DNA of 64,000 nucleotides from Gemmatimonadota bacterium (GTDB lineage Bacteria; Gemmatimonadota; Gemmatimonadetes; Gemmatimonadales; GWC2-71-9): NCBI GenBank assembly GCA_029262195.1, contig JAJCZX010000024.1, positions 1,323 to 65,322 of the forward strand, read 5' to 3'. Shown piece by piece: positions 62,452 to 64,000 of this stretch (position 1 is its first letter; each line of letters starts with the position of its first letter). The notes under the pieces were generated by a model. It saw only the letters and a program-made list of their open reading frames with translations, ran no database searches and was not told where the DNA came from. The position numbers and the translations under genes were made by a program.

Positions 62452-64000
62452 GTGCCAACTGTTGCTGCATGTCCAAAGTGTGGCGACCCGGTTGATCCCG
62501 GTAGTCGCTATTGCCCAAATTGTGGATCGGATGTAACCGATATTCAGGGGGAGGCGAAAACCGCAATGCTTTCGGTTGCGGACGTCGAAGCCCAGGTATT
62601 GGATCTTCTCGTCCATGAAACTCTGGGACAATTTGAGATATTGCATGAATTGGGCAGGGGTGGCATGGCGATGGTTTATCTGGCCCATGACATCTCCCTG
62701 AACCGCAAAGTAGCGATCAAAGTCATGTCCCCCGCGCTCGGTGTCGATCCCGACATGGCTGAACGATTCATCCGGGAAGCTCAGACGTCGGCATCCTTGA
62801 GCCACCCGAATATCATCCAGGTCTATGCGGTAAAGCAGACCCCTGACATTAGTTACTTCGTAATGAAGTTCATCAGCGGGCGGCCTCTGGATTCGCTGAT
62901 GGAAGAAGTTGGGCCGATGAACTGCACGATGGCTCAAACCATTCTGACCCAGGTTGCGGCCGGACTCGGCTATGGACACAAGAAGGGAATCGTTCACAGA
63001 GATGTGAAGCCCGGCAATGTAATGATCGACGAGGACGGGTGGGCCATTGTAACCGATTTCGGCATAGCCAAGGTTGAGGAGGCTTCGAGCCTTACTCAAA
63101 CTGGAGCCGCTATCGGTACGCCAAGCTACATGAGTCCGGAGCAACTTGTTGCTGGTGATGTGACGGGCGCGTCTGATCAATACTCCCTCGGTGTGATGGC
63201 CTACGAAATGATGACCGGCCGAAAACCGTTCGAAGGCGATTCTGTCATGTCGATAATGTACGGGCACGTTCACGAACCACCGCCTCCGTTTCAAGAAGAA
63301 TTCCCCGATGTAACACCCGAGCTTCATGCGACGATCATGCGGATGTTGGAAAAGATGCCTGAGAATCGCTTCGAATCGATGGACGCACTTGTTGCGGCTC
63401 TTGGTGCCGGACAACTCTCCCCCGATGACCCGGTTCGCCAGGAGATGATCACTCTTGCCACACAGGGGATGAGTGCCAAGTTGCTGGAGACTCTGCGTAC
63501 GCCCCGAAGTCCGATTCCGGTCAACAGCGGACAACGGTCAAGAAAACAAACGGACGCCCGCCCGTCCGACGTCACCATTCCCACCGGCGAAGTTCTCCAG
63601 CAACGTGATACCAGGCGAAAGAGGATGGTCCTCGGTGGCGTTGCTACTGTGGTAGTCGTTGGGGCGGTGGCGGCGAGCGTGATCATATCCGGTAGTTCGG
63701 CCGATGAGACTGCTCCTCAGGCAGTTACTCCTGCCACGACGGTCGATCAGGGCGCTGCAGCAGGGACGGTTGATCCCGGCGTCGACGCGGGCGAGCAGTC
63801 GCCCACGATCTCCTTTGCGGCGACCCAGTACTCTATCGAAACCGGACAAACTGTGGTGGTTGCTCTGTCAGGTACGACTGCTGACGGTGCTCCTGTCTCA
63901 AGTGGCGACGTAGTGTGGTCGTCGACAGACTCATCGGTGGCGACGGTGAGTCAAGCTGGTATGGTTACGGGGCTTTCGGCTGGCACGGTGGTAATTGCCG
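62452..64000 (+). CDS. Ser/Thr protein kinase with an N-terminal zinc ribbon, one TM segment and an extracellular Big_2-like domain (partial; runs off the window end)
   Basis: This comes from my own translation from GTG at 62452 (GGAG 12 nt upstream; in-frame TAG at 62431). The zinc ribbon is CPKCGDPVDPGSRYCPNCG. The Hanks kinase motifs are GRGGMAMVYLA, VAIKV, HRDVKPGNVMI, TDFGIAK and GTPSYMSPEQ. The TM segment is MVLGGVATVVVVGAVAASVII. The sequence ends in ...VVWSSTDSSVATVSQAGMVTGLSAGTVVIA (Big_2-like). It is not in the ORF track because there is no stop in the window. Confidence 0.9.
   Translation, partial: MPTVAACPKCGDPVDPGSRYCPNCGSDVTDIQGEAKTAMLSVADVEAQVLDLLVHETLGQFEILHELGRGGMAMVYLAHDISLNRKVAIKVMSPALGVDPDMAERFIREAQTSASLSHPNIIQVYAVKQTPDISYFVMKFISGRPLDSLMEEVGPMNCTMAQTILTQVAAGLGYGHKKGIVHRDVKPGNVMIDEDGWAIVTDFGIAKVEEASSLTQTGAAIGTPSYMSPEQLVAGDVTGASDQYSLGVMAYEMMTGRKPFEGDSVMSIMYGHVHEPPPPFQEEFPDVTPELHATIMRMLEKMPENRFESMDALVAALGAGQLSPDDPVRQEMITLATQGMSAKLLETLRTPRSPIPVNSGQRSRKQTDARPSDVTIPTGEVLQQRDTRRKRMVLGGVATVVVVGAVAASVIISGSSADETAPQAVTPATTVDQGAAAGTVDPGVDAGEQSPTISFAATQYSIETGQTVVVALSGTTADGAPVSSGDVVWSSTDSSVATVSQAGMVTGLSAGTVVIA

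Noticed and set aside
62386-63534. A 382-aa minus-strand ORF from the track.
   Set aside because: It lies entirely antisense to a plus-strand Ser/Thr kinase with all Hanks motifs. Its own translation is Arg/His-rich with no recognisable motif. It is the classic shadow ORF of a GC-rich gene.
1-64000. A search for mobile elements, prophage genes, CRISPR arrays, and island boundaries (tRNA-adjacent direct repeats) around the 25-kb operon.
   Set aside because: I saw no transposase, integrase or recombinase motifs, no spacer-repeat periodicity, and no flanking direct repeats. By eye the base composition of the operon does not differ obviously from the rest of the window. I could not compute GC skew or k-mer statistics, so horizontal acquisition is neither supported nor excluded.

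Overview
This is a 64-kb window of a moderately GC-rich bacterial chromosome. Three PadR + duplicated-FtsX 'ADOP' permease pairs hint at an Acidobacteriota/Gemmatimonadota-like lineage, but that is inference only. I recognised no rRNA, tRNA, CRISPR array, transposase or integrase. Positions 1-27047 are the unusual part. A divergent two-domain glycosyltransferase runs off the left edge and is absent from the ORF track. Next to it sits a ~25.5-kb plus-strand operon of 14 ORFs, most joined by overlapping stop/start codons (TGATG, TAGTG, ATGGTTAG, four ATGA). The operon encodes two giant proteins (1203 and 2377 aa) with no motif I can name, plus several small unknown proteins. It also encodes a triple GT-A glycosyltransferase fusion, a tubulin-tyrosine-ligase-like ATP-grasp enzyme, and an 837-aa protein made of three tandem ATP-grasp modules, the last RimK-like. 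An animal-type protein-arginine deiminase (PAD) is present; its C-terminus is nearly colinear with my recollection of human PAD4. The remaining genes are a HEAT-like protein, a (beta/alpha)8 hydrolase-like protein and a PP-loop ATP-pyrophosphatase-like protein. The PAD and the hydrolase share a paralogous ~190-aa N-terminal domain followed by a (Glu-Pro)n linker. I regard this as a candidate undescribed intracellular protein-modification or assembly system; that is a hypothesis, not a demonstrated function. The remaining 37 kb is more ordinary. It holds a secreted Ntn acylase + MBL-fold hydrolase, a DUF3179 protein, two tandem PadR-ADOP pairs followed by OMF-MFP-RND efflux genes, and a serine hydrolase. 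It also holds Usp, ABC-F, NDH-2, cysK, a LytS/LytTR two-component pair, FG-GAP/DUF11 and NHL secreted proteins, a third PadR-ADOP pair, and a PF14907-like nucleotidyltransferase. A Ser/Thr kinase runs off the right edge; the 382-aa antisense ORF in the track there is a shadow. All family calls come from motifs read by eye; no database search was run.
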